DNA from: Dehalococcoidia bacterium
GTDB taxonomy: Bacteria; Chloroflexota; Dehalococcoidia; Lucifugimonadales; UBA3495
Reading direction: 5' to 3'
DNA: 64,000 bases
Assembly: GCA_021295965.1 (NCBI GenBank)
Contig: JAGWBI010000001.1
Location: forward strand, 11,420 to 75,419
Positions 1-10,198 of the stretch are shown piece by piece. The notes under the pieces are model-generated. The model saw nothing but the letters and a program-made list of their open reading frames with translations. It had not been told where the DNA came from and made no database searches. Made by a program: the position numbers and the translations under genes. Within the stretch, counting starts at the first letter, position 1. Each line of letters begins with the position of its first letter.

Positions 1-1336
1 AAAGGGTGGACAGGTAGCGGGAGACTTCATAGTCGGTGACCTCGGAACGGTACTCGTCCCACTCCAGCTTCTTGTTTTCGATCAGGCTGTTGAACACGTG
101 GTCGCCCAGGGCCTCGTAGAGCAGCTCGCTGGTCTCCGCCAGGTTGATGGCCTCGCCCAGGCTGGATGGCAGGGTGCGGATGCCCAGCGACTGGCGACGC
201 TGCGGCGACATCTCCAGCACATTGCCGACCACCGGCGCCGGCACCTGGTATTGCTCCTCGATACCCTTGAGGCCGGCGGCCAACATGGCGCTGAAAGCCA
301 GGTAGGGATTGCACGACGGGTCCGGAGCGCGGTACTCGATGCGGATGGACGTTTCCTCGCCCCGCTCGTAGCTGGGCACTCGGATGAGATCAGACCGGTT
401 GACGTGGGTCCACGAAACGTACACCGGAGCCTCGTAGCCCGGAATCAGGCGCTTGTAGGAGTTGACCCACTGGTTGGTCACCAGCGTGATTTCGGGCGCG
501 TGGGCAATCAGTCCCGCTATGAACTGCTTGCCCAATACGGAAAGATACTGCTCATCGTCGGCGTCGTAGAAACGGTTTTCTTCCCCGGCGAAGAGGGACT
601 GGTGCAGGTGCAACCCGGATCCGTTGATCCCGGAGACGGGTTTGGGCATGAAGGTGGCGTACACGCTTTGAAGCTGCGCCAGTTCCTTGATGACCAATTT
701 CGCCGTCATAAGGTTGTCAGCCATGGTGAGAGCGTTGGTGTACTCCAGGTCGATCTCGTGCTGGCTGGGCGCGCCCTCGTGGTGGGAGTATTTTACGGGT
801 ATGCCCATTTCCGCAAGGTTGAGCACCGTGTCGCGACGTAGTTCGGAGGCCGGGTAGCTGGACAGTTGGTCGAAGTAGCCGTCGTGATCCAGCAGTTCCG
901 GCACGGTGGCGTTTTTCAGGTAGAAGAATTCCAGCTCGGCCCCGACATTGTAGGTGAACCCCATTTCCGCCGCTTTGTCCAGGTTGCGTTTGAGGACCTG
1001 GCGCGGGTCCCCGGGGAAGGTCTGGCCCCGGGGTTGGCGGATGTCGCAAAACATCCTGGCGACCGCGTTCTGGCGCGGTCGCCAGGGCAGAAGCGTGAAG
1101 GTGGTCGGGTCGGGATAGGCCCTCATATCGCTCTCATGGTGGCGGGCGAACCCGTCGATGGCGGCGCCGTCGAAACCCACCCCCCGGTCCAGAGCGTCCT
1201 CCAGGTCGTCAGCGGTTATTGCGAAACCCTTCAGTTTGCCCAGAATGTCAGTGAACCAGAGACGTATGAACTTGACGTCGTTTTCTCGCGCGGTCTTCAG
1301 CACGAAATCCCGTGCCGCGGATGTCTCAGTCATCAT
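1..1336 (-). CDS. glnA: Glutamine synthetase type I (C-terminal few residues cut by window edge)
   Basis: Not in the ORF track because it has no in-window stop. My own translation from ATG at 1336 gives MMTETSAARDFVLKTARENDVKFIRLWFTDILGKLKGFAI...GAELEFFYL...NGSGLHLHQSLF...APDPSCNPYLAFSAMLAAGLKGIE, classic GS-I motifs. The long + strand ORFs 98..841 and 866..1342 are its antisense shadows. Confidence 0.85.
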   Translation of the reverse strand, partial: MMTETSAARDFVLKTARENDVKFIRLWFTDILGKLKGFAITADDLEDALDRGVGFDGAAIDGFARHHESDMRAYPDPTTFTLLPWRPRQNAVARMFCDIRQPRGQTFPGDPRQVLKRNLDKAAEMGFTYNVGAELEFFYLKNATVPELLDHDGYFDQLSSYPASELRRDTVLNLAEMGIPVKYSHHEGAPSQHEIDLEYTNALTMADNLMTAKLVIKELAQLQSVYATFMPKPVSGINGSGLHLHQSLFAGEENRFYDADDEQYLSVLGKQFIAGLIAHAPEITLVTNQWVNSYKRLIPGYEAPVYVSWTHVNRSDLIRVPSYERGEETSIRIEYRAPDPSCNPYLAFSAMLAAGLKGIEEQYQVPAPVVGNVLEMSPQRRQSLGIRTLPSSLGEAINLAETSELLYEALGDHVFNSLIENKKLEWDEYRSEVTDYEVSRYLSTL

Positions 1337-1371
1337 GATTAATCCTCGCGTATCGCGTTCTGCGTCGGTGC

Positions 1372-2097
1372 CTACACCGCCACATACTCCCGGACCAGGT
1401 TGTGGTCGAGGTCGCGGGCGGTGCCTTCCAGAACTATGGCTCCCTTTTCCATCACGTAGCAGTAGTCGGCTATACCCAGGGCGAAGTCCAGGAACTGCTC
1501 CACCAGCAAAATGGTGGTTTCCTGTTGCTCTCGCAAGCGGTGCAGCAGGTCTTCGATTTCCTGAACTATCGACGGCTGGATGCCCTCGGTGGGCTCGTCC
1601 AGCAGGAGCAAGGCAGGACGCCGGATCAACGCTCGGGCCAACGCCAGTTGCTGCTGCTGACCTCCACTCAACGTGCCTGCTACCTTCCTCGGGTTGATCT
1701 TCAAGGCCGGGAACAGGCTGTACATCCGCTCGATGGCTTCCGGTTTCCCCTTCTTTTCGGGGAAAGCCTCCAGGCCCATCAGAAGGTTTTCGTTCACGGT
1801 CAGGTAGGGAAAAATATGCCGGCCCTGGGGTACGTATCCGAATCCCGCCTTCGCCCGTTTGTGGGGCGCCCACCGCGTCATGTCGGATTGGCCGAATCGG
1901 ACTTGACCGGACCGGGGGGTCAGCAGTCCCATTATTGCCTTGAGCAACGTGGTTTTACCCACTCCGTTGCGCCCCATCAGGCAGACCACCTGGTTCTGCG
2001 GAACGTCCAGGGCCACGTTGGACAGCACCAGGCTCTGCCCGTACCCTACGGACAGATCGTTAATGGCTAGGAAAGGTTCTGAGTAACGCATGGTCAT
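1372..2097 (-). CDS. urtE: Urea ABC transporter ATP-binding protein UrtE (LivF-like)
   Basis: Internal start MTMRYSEPFLAINDLSVGYG at 2097. Walker A GRNGVGKTT, signature LSGGQQQQ, Walker B LLLLDEP. The upstream 121 aa of the listed ORF are Arg/Pro-rich junk overlapping urtD. Confidence 0.8.
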   Translation of the reverse strand: MTMRYSEPFLAINDLSVGYGQSLVLSNVALDVPQNQVVCLMGRNGVGKTTLLKAIMGLLTPRSGQVRFGQSDMTRWAPHKRAKAGFGYVPQGRHIFPYLTVNENLLMGLEAFPEKKGKPEAIERMYSLFPALKINPRKVAGTLSGGQQQQLALARALIRRPALLLLDEPTEGIQPSIVQEIEDLLHRLREQQETTILLVEQFLDFALGIADYCYVMEKGAIVLEGTARDLDHNLVREYVAV

Positions 2098-2105
2098 CCT
2101 GTCGA

Positions 2106-2990
2106 TCAATCGACGCCCAGGGCGACTGGTTCGCCCGCTTCGCGCTGGCCGTTCAGTCTGCCGGCTTCCGGCCTCTGGCTGCGGTTGTTGCCCAGGTAGG
2201 CCCGGATTACTTCCGGGTCCTGTTGCACGTCTTCCATGCCTCCCTGGCTCAGCACCTTGCCCAGGTGCAGCACGGTTACGGTCTGGGCGAACTGGCGCAC
2301 GAAATCCATATCGTGTTCCACAACCAGCACTGAGCGTTCCCCGCCGATGGATTGCAACAGTTCGCCGGTACGGTCTCGCTCGCGCCGGGTCATGCCCGCC
2401 ACCGGCTCGTCCAGCAGGAGCAGTTTCGGTTCCTGCACCAGCAACATCCCGATTTCCAGCCACTGTTTTTCGCCGTGGGACAACCCGCCCGCCACATCCT
2501 TGGCGCGATGGGACAGACCCACCTGTTCCAGCGTGTCCATGATGCGGTCGCCTTCGCCCCGACGCAGCTTGCGCGCTAGTCCGGTGACCTTACTGCGGAA
2601 ACCCAGCATTACCTCCAGGTTTTCATAGACCGTCAGGCTCGCATATACGGACGGCGTCTGGAACTTCCGGCCCACGCCGAGGCGGACCAACTGGTGCTCT
2701 TGCCGCCGGCCCAGGTCGATGCTTCCATCAAAGATGATCCGACCTTTGCTGGGTTTCGACTTGCCGGTGATTACGTCGATCAGCGTTGTTTTGCCCGCTC
2801 CGTTGGGGCCGATCAGGAAACGCATTTCCCCGTATGCCATGGCGAAATTCAACTCGTCCAGCACGGTGAACCCGTCGAAGCTCACCGTCAGGTTCTCCAC
2901 CGACAGGATGGGTTTACTCCCGTCGGGTACCGGAACTGGTCCATTGGAGCTGGCCGCGCCGGCTGGCAGATTTGATCGACTGGTGGTCAT
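2106..2990 (-). CDS. urtD: Urea ABC transporter ATP-binding protein UrtD (LivG-like)
   Basis: Start MTTSRS at 2990 preceded by [46 protein letters not shown] overlap with urtC stop. Confidence 0.8.
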   Translation of the reverse strand: MTTSRSNLPAGAASSNGPVPVPDGSKPILSVENLTVSFDGFTVLDELNFAMAYGEMRFLIGPNGAGKTTLIDVITGKSKPSKGRIIFDGSIDLGRRQEHQLVRLGVGRKFQTPSVYASLTVYENLEVMLGFRSKVTGLARKLRRGEGDRIMDTLEQVGLSHRAKDVAGGLSHGEKQWLEIGMLLVQEPKLLLLDEPVAGMTRRERDRTGELLQSIGGERSVLVVEHDMDFVRQFAQTVTVLHLGKVLSQGGMEDVQQDPEVIRAYLGNNRSQRPEAGRLNGQREAGEPVALGVD

Positions 2991-4129
2991 GTCCTCCCTC
3001 CGGGGATGCGTTCGCGTATCGCTCTGCGCGCCTGCTCGCGCGACAACCACCAGGGACGCCGCCAGCCCTCGCCGCGCAGCAGGCCCATGATGCCTGCCGG
3101 GAACAGGAGCACCGCGCCGATGAACAGCAGGCCCAGGAAGTACTGCCAGATGGCGGGGAAGGACTCGCTCAGGCCGCTCTTGGCGCCGTTCACTACGATG
3201 GCCCCTAGTATCGCGCCCAGCAGCACGCCGCGGCCACCAACTGCAACCCAGATCGCAATCTCAATGGAAGGCACAATGCCCATCATGGTGGGCGAGATGA
3301 TGCCCACTTGCGGCGTGAACAACGCTCCGGCCACGCCGGCCATGCCGGCGGATAGCGAGAATACCAGCGTTTTGAGAACAGCCGGGTCGTAGCCCGAGAA
3401 CCGCACCCGGTTTTCGTCGTCACGCATGGCCACCAGCAGCCGGCCAAGTCGGGAGGCTATGAGCCACCAGCAAAGCAGGTAGGCGACGGTCAGCGCCCCA
3501 ACGCTGACGTAGTAGAGGATTAACTGCATCGAAGGCGCGTTCAGCGAATAGCCGAATATGGTGGTGTAGTTGGTGATGCCGTTGGTGCCCCCGGTGTACG
3601 CCTGCTGCCCGATGAACAGGATGCTGACGATGAGCGCCAGTGCCTGGGTGATCAACGCGAAATAGACGCCGGTGATGCGGCTGCGGAAAACCAGATAACC
3701 AAGGGCGCCACCCAATACGGCCGGCACGATGAAGGTCATTGGTATGGCGAACCAGGCGTACTTGAAGGGCGCCCAGAAGATGGGCAGCTCGGTCAGTCCG
3801 CTCCAGAACATGAAGTCCGGCAACTTGCCTGCCGCCGACTCCAGCTTCAGGAACATTGCCATAGCGTAGCCGCCCAGCCCAAAGAAGACGCCGTGGCCCA
3901 GGCTCAGCATCCCGGCGTATCCCCAGATCAGGTTGAGGGACAGAGCCAGCATGGCAAAGGTCAAAAACTTGCCCAACAGCGCCACACGGAAATCTGACAA
4001 CACCAGGGGAGCCAGTAGCAGCACTGCCAGCATGATGGCTGGGGCCAGCCACTGGCCGATCCGGTCGTTGACCATAACGGGAGCGGAGGCGTTCCTCACC
4101 GCGCTGATGATTGTTGATCCGGTCGCCAT
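2987..4129 (-). CDS. urtC: Urea ABC transporter permease UrtC
   Basis: Multi-TM LivM-like permease. Start MATGST at 4129 lies 5 nt after the urtB stop; the listed 4174 start would overlap urtB by 40 nt. Confidence 0.8.
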   Translation of the reverse strand: MATGSTIISAVRNASAPVMVNDRIGQWLAPAIMLAVLLLAPLVLSDFRVALLGKFLTFAMLALSLNLIWGYAGMLSLGHGVFFGLGGYAMAMFLKLESAAGKLPDFMFWSGLTELPIFWAPFKYAWFAIPMTFIVPAVLGGALGYLVFRSRITGVYFALITQALALIVSILFIGQQAYTGGTNGITNYTTIFGYSLNAPSMQLILYYVSVGALTVAYLLCWWLIASRLGRLLVAMRDDENRVRFSGYDPAVLKTLVFSLSAGMAGVAGALFTPQVGIISPTMMGIVPSIEIAIWVAVGGRGVLLGAILGAIVVNGAKSGLSESFPAIWQYFLGLLFIGAVLLFPAGIMGLLRGEGWRRPWWLSREQARRAIRERIPGGRT

Positions 4130-4134
4130 CCCCA

Positions 4135-5031
4135 CTACCTCCCCTTGGCCCGCATCAGCCCGGCCGGTCGCCATTGCAGGAACAGGATCACCATGGCGAA
4201 CACCAGCACCTTACCAACCACGGCGGTGGTGCCGAACTCGAACATGGTGTTCAGCATCCCGATAATGAAGGCAGCCAGGATGGTCCCCGGAACCTGTCCC
4301 AACCCGCCCAGGATGACCACGATGAAAGCATCAACAATATAAAAGGTGCCCAGGGACGGCCCGATGGGGCCAATCAAAGTCAGCGCGCATCCGGCGATGC
4401 CGGCCAGCCCGGAGCCCAATGCGAAGGTGAAGCTGTCAACCCGGCGCGTGGACACGCCCAGGCTGGCGGCCATCTCCCGGTTCTGCATCACCCCGCGCAT
4501 TCGGCGTCCTTCGTTGGAGCGGTACATGTACCAGTAGAGTCCGCCGATGCAGGCTGTAACCAGGGCCAGGATGAACACCCGTTTCATGGGCAAAACAAGA
4601 TCACCGGTTACTGAAAGGGCGGTTCCCAGCCACGGCGGAGCTACTACCTGCACGTTGGGCGCGCCAAAGATGGACCGGGCCAGTTGCTGCAGGAACAGCC
4701 CGACGCCCCAGGTCGCCAGCAGCGTGTCCAGGGGCCGGCGATACAGAAAGCGGATCAGCGCGTTCTCAACCAGGTAACCCGCCGCGCCGGCTACCACGAA
4801 GGACGCGGGAATGGCGATCAGGAAGGTTACTCCGGATTGGGGGTCGCCCGTGAACCTCAGAGCGGCCTGCTGGAGTGCGTACGTCGTGTACGCTCCGATC
4901 ATGATGAACTCGCCGTGAGCCAGGTTGATTACATTCATCAACCCGAAGGACAGCGCCAGTCCCAATGCGATCAGCAGCAGGATCGAACTCAGGCTGAGCC
5001 CGTTGAACAGTTGTAGAGCCCAAACTTCCAT
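4135..5031 (-). CDS. urtB: Urea ABC transporter permease UrtB
   Basis: LivH-like permease, [42 protein letters not shown]. Confidence 0.8.
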   Translation of the reverse strand: MEVWALQLFNGLSLSSILLLIALGLALSFGLMNVINLAHGEFIMIGAYTTYALQQAALRFTGDPQSGVTFLIAIPASFVVAGAAGYLVENALIRFLYRRPLDTLLATWGVGLFLQQLARSIFGAPNVQVVAPPWLGTALSVTGDLVLPMKRVFILALVTACIGGLYWYMYRSNEGRRMRGVMQNREMAASLGVSTRRVDSFTFALGSGLAGIAGCALTLIGPIGPSLGTFYIVDAFIVVILGGLGQVPGTILAAFIIGMLNTMFEFGTTAVVGKVLVFAMVILFLQWRPAGLMRAKGR

Positions 5032-5156
5032 ATTGTGGCCATTGAGGAGTTTGAGGTGCAGGTGGTGCGGATGACATCCGGCTACAGGAGCCGCATATCA
5101 TCCGCGATGTGTGTGGTTAGGTACGGTGCGTTATAAGATCGCTTCGGGAGTGCTGA

Positions 5157-6473
5157 TTATTGGGCCAGTTCACGGAGGCCGGTGGCCCACTCGTAGGTGT
5201 CCAGGTACGGGTCGGGCACCACCGGGGCGCCGGAGTTCCAGACTTCGTCAATCTGCCCATCGCCCCGGACCTTGCCGATGCGGACGGTCTTGGAGACGTG
5301 TTGGTTCTCGTTGTGGATAGTCACCATTCCGCCGGGAGCCGCGAACTGGATGCCCTTGGCGGCTTCCTTGACCGCGGCGACATCGGTGCTACCGGCCTTT
5401 TCCACGGCGGCCTTCCACAGATACACGCCGAAGTAGCCGGCTTCGATGGGGTCGTCGGTTACACGGTCCTCACCGTACTTGGACTTGAAGGCGGCAACGA
5501 ACTTCTCGTTCTCCGGAGTCTGGGTGGTCTGGAAGTAATTCCACGCCACCAGGTGGCCGGCGATGTTGTCCGCGCCGATGCCGGTGATCTCTTCTTCAGC
5601 CACACTCACGGAAACCGTGGGAAGCTCCTCGGGGGTGATGCCGGCGTCCTTGAGCTGCTTGAAGAAAGCCACGTTGGAGTCGCCGTTCAGCGTGTTGAAC
5701 ACCACGTCGGGCTCGGCGGCCTTGATCTTGGTGATGACGGTGCTGTACTCGGTGTGTCCCAGCGGGGTGTACTCTTCGCCCACGGCTTCGATGCCGGCGG
5801 CAGCCAACTGCTTGTTGATGATCAGGTTGGACGTGCGCGGGAACACGTAGTCGGAACCCAGCAGGTAGAACTTGGTCTTGCCCTCTTCCAGCAGGTATTC
5901 AATCGCCGGAACGATCTGCTGGTTAGTGGTGGCCCCGGTGTAGAAGATGTTCGGAGAAGTCTCCAGCCCTTCGTACTGCACGGGATAGAACAGCAGGCCA
6001 TTGTTGGCCTCGAACACCGGCAGCATGGCCTTGCGGCTGGCGCTGGTCCACCCGCCGAAGACTACCGAAACCTCATCCTCTTGCAGCAGTTTGCGAGCCT
6101 TCTCGGCGAAGGTAGGCCAGTCTGACGCGCCGTCCTCGATGACGACCTCTATCTGCTTGCCCATGACGCCGCCGCTGGCGTTGATCTCCTCAATGGCCAG
6201 CAGTTCGGCATCGTGCACGGCGGTCTCGCTGATCGCCATGGTTCCCGACAGGGAATGCAGGATGCCCACCTTGATGGTGTCGGACTCTGGCGCGGCGGCC
6301 GGCGCCGCGGGCGCTGCGTTGGCAGCCGGAGCGGATGTGGCTGCTGGCGCTGCCGGAGCGGGAGGCGGCTCAGAGCCGCAGGCGGCAAGCGCGAATGCGA
6401 CCAAGACGCCGACCGCTCCAAGCGCGACGAACCGCGCCCAGGCCGGTACTACAGATAACCTCATATAAGACAT
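5157..6473 (-). CDS. urtA: Urea ABC transporter substrate-binding lipoprotein UrtA
   Basis: Type-1 periplasmic-binding fold ([17 protein letters not shown]...). Start MSYMRL at 6473 with a GGGGGGA RBS. Signal peptide ends in lipobox LAAC followed by an Ala/Pro-rich linker. Confidence 0.8.
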   Translation of the reverse strand: MSYMRLSVVPAWARFVALGAVGVLVAFALAACGSEPPPAPAAPAATSAPAANAAPAAPAAAPESDTIKVGILHSLSGTMAISETAVHDAELLAIEEINASGGVMGKQIEVVIEDGASDWPTFAEKARKLLQEDEVSVVFGGWTSASRKAMLPVFEANNGLLFYPVQYEGLETSPNIFYTGATTNQQIVPAIEYLLEEGKTKFYLLGSDYVFPRTSNLIINKQLAAAGIEAVGEEYTPLGHTEYSTVITKIKAAEPDVVFNTLNGDSNVAFFKQLKDAGITPEELPTVSVSVAEEEITGIGADNIAGHLVAWNYFQTTQTPENEKFVAAFKSKYGEDRVTDDPIEAGYFGVYLWKAAVEKAGSTDVAAVKEAAKGIQFAAPGGMVTIHNENQHVSKTVRIGKVRGDGQIDEVWNSGAPVVPDPYLDTYEWATGLRELAQ

Positions 6474-6755
6474 TGCGGATTCCCCCCTACAGTTAATTCT
6501 GCTGGCGCTCTCACCCGTTGGGCCGCGTACCACCGCCGCCTGCGATTTCAGAACGCCAACTTTGTCTGCAAATAACCTAGTCCTCCGGTGTTACTGGCAA
6601 ATTGCAAAGTTGTGACTTGAAAGTTTCCTCCGCGTAAACGTTGGGTAAAGCCAGCCTGGAACGCTGTGCCGGTTCGTCCGGCTGTTGGCGAGGATCCCGG
6701 AGGCAAATCGCAATCCCCGTAACCTGCTGGGCAGGGCCTTTTCAAAGTCGCTTTT

Positions 6756-6863
6756 GTCATTGCGAGCGCAGCGTGGCAATCTCGCGCCGGAAGCTGAGTT
6801 CGTACAGACCAGGCCATCCGACCTCACCCACGATTGTCGCGTGGCTACACTCCTCGCAATAAC
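6756..6863. mobile_element. MITE-like palindromic element, copy 1 (GTCATTGCGAG...GGCAATCTC...CTCGCAATAAC)
   Basis: Direct reading: outer inverted termini GTCATTGCGAG / CTCGCAATAAC and left inner arm GGCAATCTC (right inner arm degenerate, GATTGTC). Same architecture recurs at 20015, 45782, 60128 and 62791. Intergenic between urtA and the GMC oxidoreductase. Confidence 0.6.
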
Positions 6864-6987
6864 TTTGAAATGGCCCTGCCTGCTGAGCCATAGTGCTTGA
6901 AACGACCGTCTCCGGTTGGTACGGTACACATATTGAAAGCTTGTTTTTGATCTCCCTGCCGCCTGGCTAGACCCGAGGACGAACACC

Positions 6988-8598
6988 ATGAGATATGATG
7001 TGGCAATTGTGGGTGCCGGTTCCGCCGGTTCAGTGCTGGCGGCGCGGCTGTCGGAAGATCCGGGTCGCTCGGTAGTGCTGCTGGAAGCCGGACCGGACTA
7101 TCCGGATTTCGATCGACTGCCTGACGAGCTGAAATACGGGTTTGCCGCCGCTCCGACCCCGCCTGCCGCTCGGACCGCCGGCGGCCACCCGGTCTCTTTG
7201 ACCTCCAACCCCCATAACTGGCAGTTCACTGCAACAGCGACTGATCTGGCGCGGCCTATGTTGGTGCCCCGAGGCAAAGTTACCGGCGGCTCCAGCGCCA
7301 TCAATTCGTCCGCTTTTTACCGCGGCGTTCCGGAGGATTTTGACGCCTGGGCATCCTTGGGCAATGACCAGTGGAGCTACGAAAGCGTCCTCCCTTACTT
7401 CCGCAAACTGGAAACGGACATTGACCAGGACGGCGACTATCACGGTTCCGACGGCCCCATATTCGTGCACCATTCCAACCCGGATGCTTGGGGTGCCACC
7501 CAAAAAGCCTTCTTCAGCGCCTGCCGGGCCAGCGGCTTTGAACAGGCCCAAGACCACAACCATCCAGACTCCAACGGGGTCGGCCCAGGCATAACCAACA
7601 ACCACAACGGAGTTCGCTTCAGCACCGCTCTGGGCTACCTGAGCCAGGCTCGCCATCGACTCAACCTGACAATTAGACCCAATTGCAACGTGCGACAGAT
7701 TGTCTTTCATGGCAAACGCGCGACTGGCTTGCTGGTGGAGAGCGGGGGTGAAAATTTCACGGTGGAAGCCGACCAGATTATCCTCAGCGCCGGCGCGGTG
7801 GGTTCGCCCCACCTGTTGCTGCTATCCGGCGTGGGCCCCGCCACGCAATTGGAGCGGTTGGGCATTCGGGTGGTCCAGGACACCCCCGGCGTGGGACAGA
7901 ACCTGAAAGACCACCCCAAGGTGTACGTCACCTGGGAAGCCTCAGACGATTTGGGTTCCTCCGCCAATCGGGGAGCCGGCGGCGCGACCCTGCGCCTCAC
8001 CGCTCCCGGTTCCCATCTGAGGAACGATCTGAGCATCGGCTTTTCCGCCCCGGTCGTGCCACGGGTCAAGGGACCCCAGGCGCAAACGCCACGGGCAGAA
8101 GAAAGAAACGCAATCAGTCGGCACGTTGAAATGATGATCGCCCTGCTTTTGCCCGAAAGCCGGGGCGCACTGACGCTGACTTCCGCCGACTACCAAGTAC
8201 AGCCGGCTTTGCACTACAATTACCTGTCCGAACCCTTTGACCGAGCGCGGCTGCGAGCGGGCATTCTCCTAGCCCTGAACTTGGCAGAGCGTCCAGAACT
8301 GGCGCCATTGCTGGGAAAACGGATTGAACCCGAAGAAAACGACCTGGTGAACGACCAGGTTTTGGATCAATGGCTGCTGCGGGAAGCAACGACCTACTCC
8401 CACATCTCATGCACTTGCAGAATGGGATCATCCAACGACCCTTTGGCGGTGGTCGATCAATACGGAAGGGTGCATGGCATGGAAGGGTTGCGCATCGTTG
8501 ACACGTCAATCATGCCTGACCTGGTGCGCGCCCCAATCAATCCAGCGGTGATTATGATGGCAGAACGAGTGTCAGCCTTCATCAACTCCGACGAATAA
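6988..8598 (+). CDS. GMC family FAD-dependent oxidoreductase (choline dehydrogenase-like)
   Basis: N-terminal YDVAIVGAGSAGSVLAARLSED...VLLLEAGP, GKVTGGSSAINS, C-terminal GMC motifs. Confidence 0.85.
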   Translation: MRYDVAIVGAGSAGSVLAARLSEDPGRSVVLLEAGPDYPDFDRLPDELKYGFAAAPTPPAARTAGGHPVSLTSNPHNWQFTATATDLARPMLVPRGKVTGGSSAINSSAFYRGVPEDFDAWASLGNDQWSYESVLPYFRKLETDIDQDGDYHGSDGPIFVHHSNPDAWGATQKAFFSACRASGFEQAQDHNHPDSNGVGPGITNNHNGVRFSTALGYLSQARHRLNLTIRPNCNVRQIVFHGKRATGLLVESGGENFTVEADQIILSAGAVGSPHLLLLSGVGPATQLERLGIRVVQDTPGVGQNLKDHPKVYVTWEASDDLGSSANRGAGGATLRLTAPGSHLRNDLSIGFSAPVVPRVKGPQAQTPRAEERNAISRHVEMMIALLLPESRGALTLTSADYQVQPALHYNYLSEPFDRARLRAGILLALNLAERPELAPLLGKRIEPEENDLVNDQVLDQWLLREATTYSHISCTCRMGSSNDPLAVVDQYGRVHGMEGLRIVDTSIMPDLVRAPINPAVIMMAERVSAFINSDE

Positions 8599-8714
8599 AA
8601 ATGGTAGGGGACGAAGGTTAGAGAATGCGCGGTGTTCGGGACTTCGGCCATACCAGAGTCTCCGACCACAAGAACCGCACTGATGGCGTCGAAAATGCGA
8701 GGGAGGACCGGCGA

Positions 8715-10115
8715 ATGGCAGACCTGAATTTTGCGACCAACTCCGGCGACTACACCACGCTGAGCGGGGCGTCGATCGAAGGCTTCCGCGGCAGCCTGAA
8801 CGGCGAGTCCCTGCTGTCCGGCGACGAGGGATATGACGCCGCCCGGCGGATCTGGAATGCCATGGTGGACAAGCGGCCCGCTCTGATCGCCCGCTGCAGC
8901 GGTACCGCCGACGTGATCAAGTCCGTCAACTTCGCCAGGGAGTACGACCTGCTTATTTCGGTACGCGGCGGCGGCCATAACTTCCCGGGCAACAGCGTTT
9001 GTAACGACGGACTGATGATCGACCTGTCCCGAATGACCGGCGTGCGGGTCGATCCGACGGCTAAAACGGTCCGGGCACAGGGTGGGACAAAGTGGGGCGC
9101 CTTCGATCACGAGACCCAGGCTTTCGGCCTGGCTGCGCCCGGCGGCACTGATGTGGACACCGGCATCGCAGGCCTCACCCTCGGAGGCGGTATCGGATGG
9201 CTGTCCGGCAGCTACGGCCTCAGTTGCGACAATTTGATTGCCGCCGACGTGGTCACCGCCGACGGGCGGATGCTCACCGCCAGCGCCGATGAAGATCCGG
9301 ACCTGCTCTGGGCCCTGCGCGGCGGAGGCGGCAATTTCGGCGTAGTCACCTCTCTCGAGTACCAATTGCATCCCATCGGTCCAGCGGTGCTGGCGGGCTA
9401 CCTGGTGTACCCATACCACAAGGCCCGGGAATTTTTCCCCCTCGTCGGCGAGTTTGCCAGCAGTATGCCCGACGAAATGAACCTCATCACCTTCCTGACC
9501 ACCCTCCCGGATGGCGGTGGAAAGGCGTGCAGCATCCTGCTCTGCTACTACGGCTCCATGGAAGAGGGAGAGCGAGTGATCCGGCCGTTGCGGGAGTTCG
9601 GCCCTCCATTGTCCGATGGCGTCCGGCCCATGCCCTATACCGAGGCCCAGAAGCTCGCGGCCGCGCCCCAGGGAAGATTAAACTACCTGAAGTCCCACTT
9701 CATGAGCGAAGTCGGCGACGACGCGCTGGACATCACTCTCGACTTCTTCGATCGGGTAACGTCGCCGCTTTCCAGCGTGCTGTTCCAATATCTGGGCAAC
9801 GCCACCCGGCGGGTTCCGGCTGGCGAAACGGCATTCGGTCATCGGGGCGCATTCTGCGAGTGGGCCACCAACGGCGTCTTCCTGGACCCCGGGGAATCGG
9901 AGGTCCATATCCGATGGGTCAGGGATTTTGCGGCTGCGTTGTCGCCCTTTTCTTCGGGAGCCTACATCAACCAGGTCGGAACCGAGGCCGAGGAAGGTGA
10001 AGAGGAGATACAGACGGCCTTCGGCGACAACTTCCAGAGGTTGGCAACGCTGAAGCGGAAGTACGACCCTACCAACCTGTTCAGCCACAACCAGAACATC
10101 CGGCCCCGGATTTAG
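8715..10115 (+). CDS. FAD-linked oxidase with berberine-bridge-enzyme-like C-terminus
   Basis: Start MADLNF at 8715 after GGGAGGA. PCMH-type FAD domain (ISVRGGGHNFPG) and C-terminal KYDPTNLFSHNQNIRP BBE motif. Confidence 0.8.
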   Translation: MADLNFATNSGDYTTLSGASIEGFRGSLNGESLLSGDEGYDAARRIWNAMVDKRPALIARCSGTADVIKSVNFAREYDLLISVRGGGHNFPGNSVCNDGLMIDLSRMTGVRVDPTAKTVRAQGGTKWGAFDHETQAFGLAAPGGTDVDTGIAGLTLGGGIGWLSGSYGLSCDNLIAADVVTADGRMLTASADEDPDLLWALRGGGGNFGVVTSLEYQLHPIGPAVLAGYLVYPYHKAREFFPLVGEFASSMPDEMNLITFLTTLPDGGGKACSILLCYYGSMEEGERVIRPLREFGPPLSDGVRPMPYTEAQKLAAAPQGRLNYLKSHFMSEVGDDALDITLDFFDRVTSPLSSVLFQYLGNATRRVPAGETAFGHRGAFCEWATNGVFLDPGESEVHIRWVRDFAAALSPFSSGAYINQVGTEAEEGEEEIQTAFGDNFQRLATLKRKYDPTNLFSHNQNIRPRI

Positions 10116-10198
10116 GTCCTATCGCTTGCGACGACGGGGACGAAAGTATATGGTTGCCGAAATTTCCACCCGACTGATTGGACTCTGGGCAGGTTGAA

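Noticed and set aside
98-1342. Long + strand ORFs (98..841, 866..1342) and many similar ones elsewhere (for example 8457..9419 -, 12927..14435 +, 39887..41428 +, 46376..47278 +, 53485..54360 +, 58299..59096 +).
   Set aside because: They lie antisense to genes with clear family motifs. Their translations are Arg/Gly/Pro/His-rich low-complexity strings, typical of shadow ORFs in GC-rich DNA.
2098-2463. N-terminal extensions of listed ORFs: 1372..2463, 24670..26238, 45149..45931, 61593..62804, 56337..56990 and 56956..57729.
   Set aside because: The extensions overlap neighbouring genes or MITE copies and look like junk sequence. Internal starts with RBS-like purine tracts give proteins of normal family length.
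6474-6755. Glutamine or nitrogen riboswitch, or an NtcA site, in the long urtA leader.
   Set aside because: I could not find the glnA-RNA E-loop consensus or a GTA-N8-TAC palindrome by eye. This needs a covariance-model scan.
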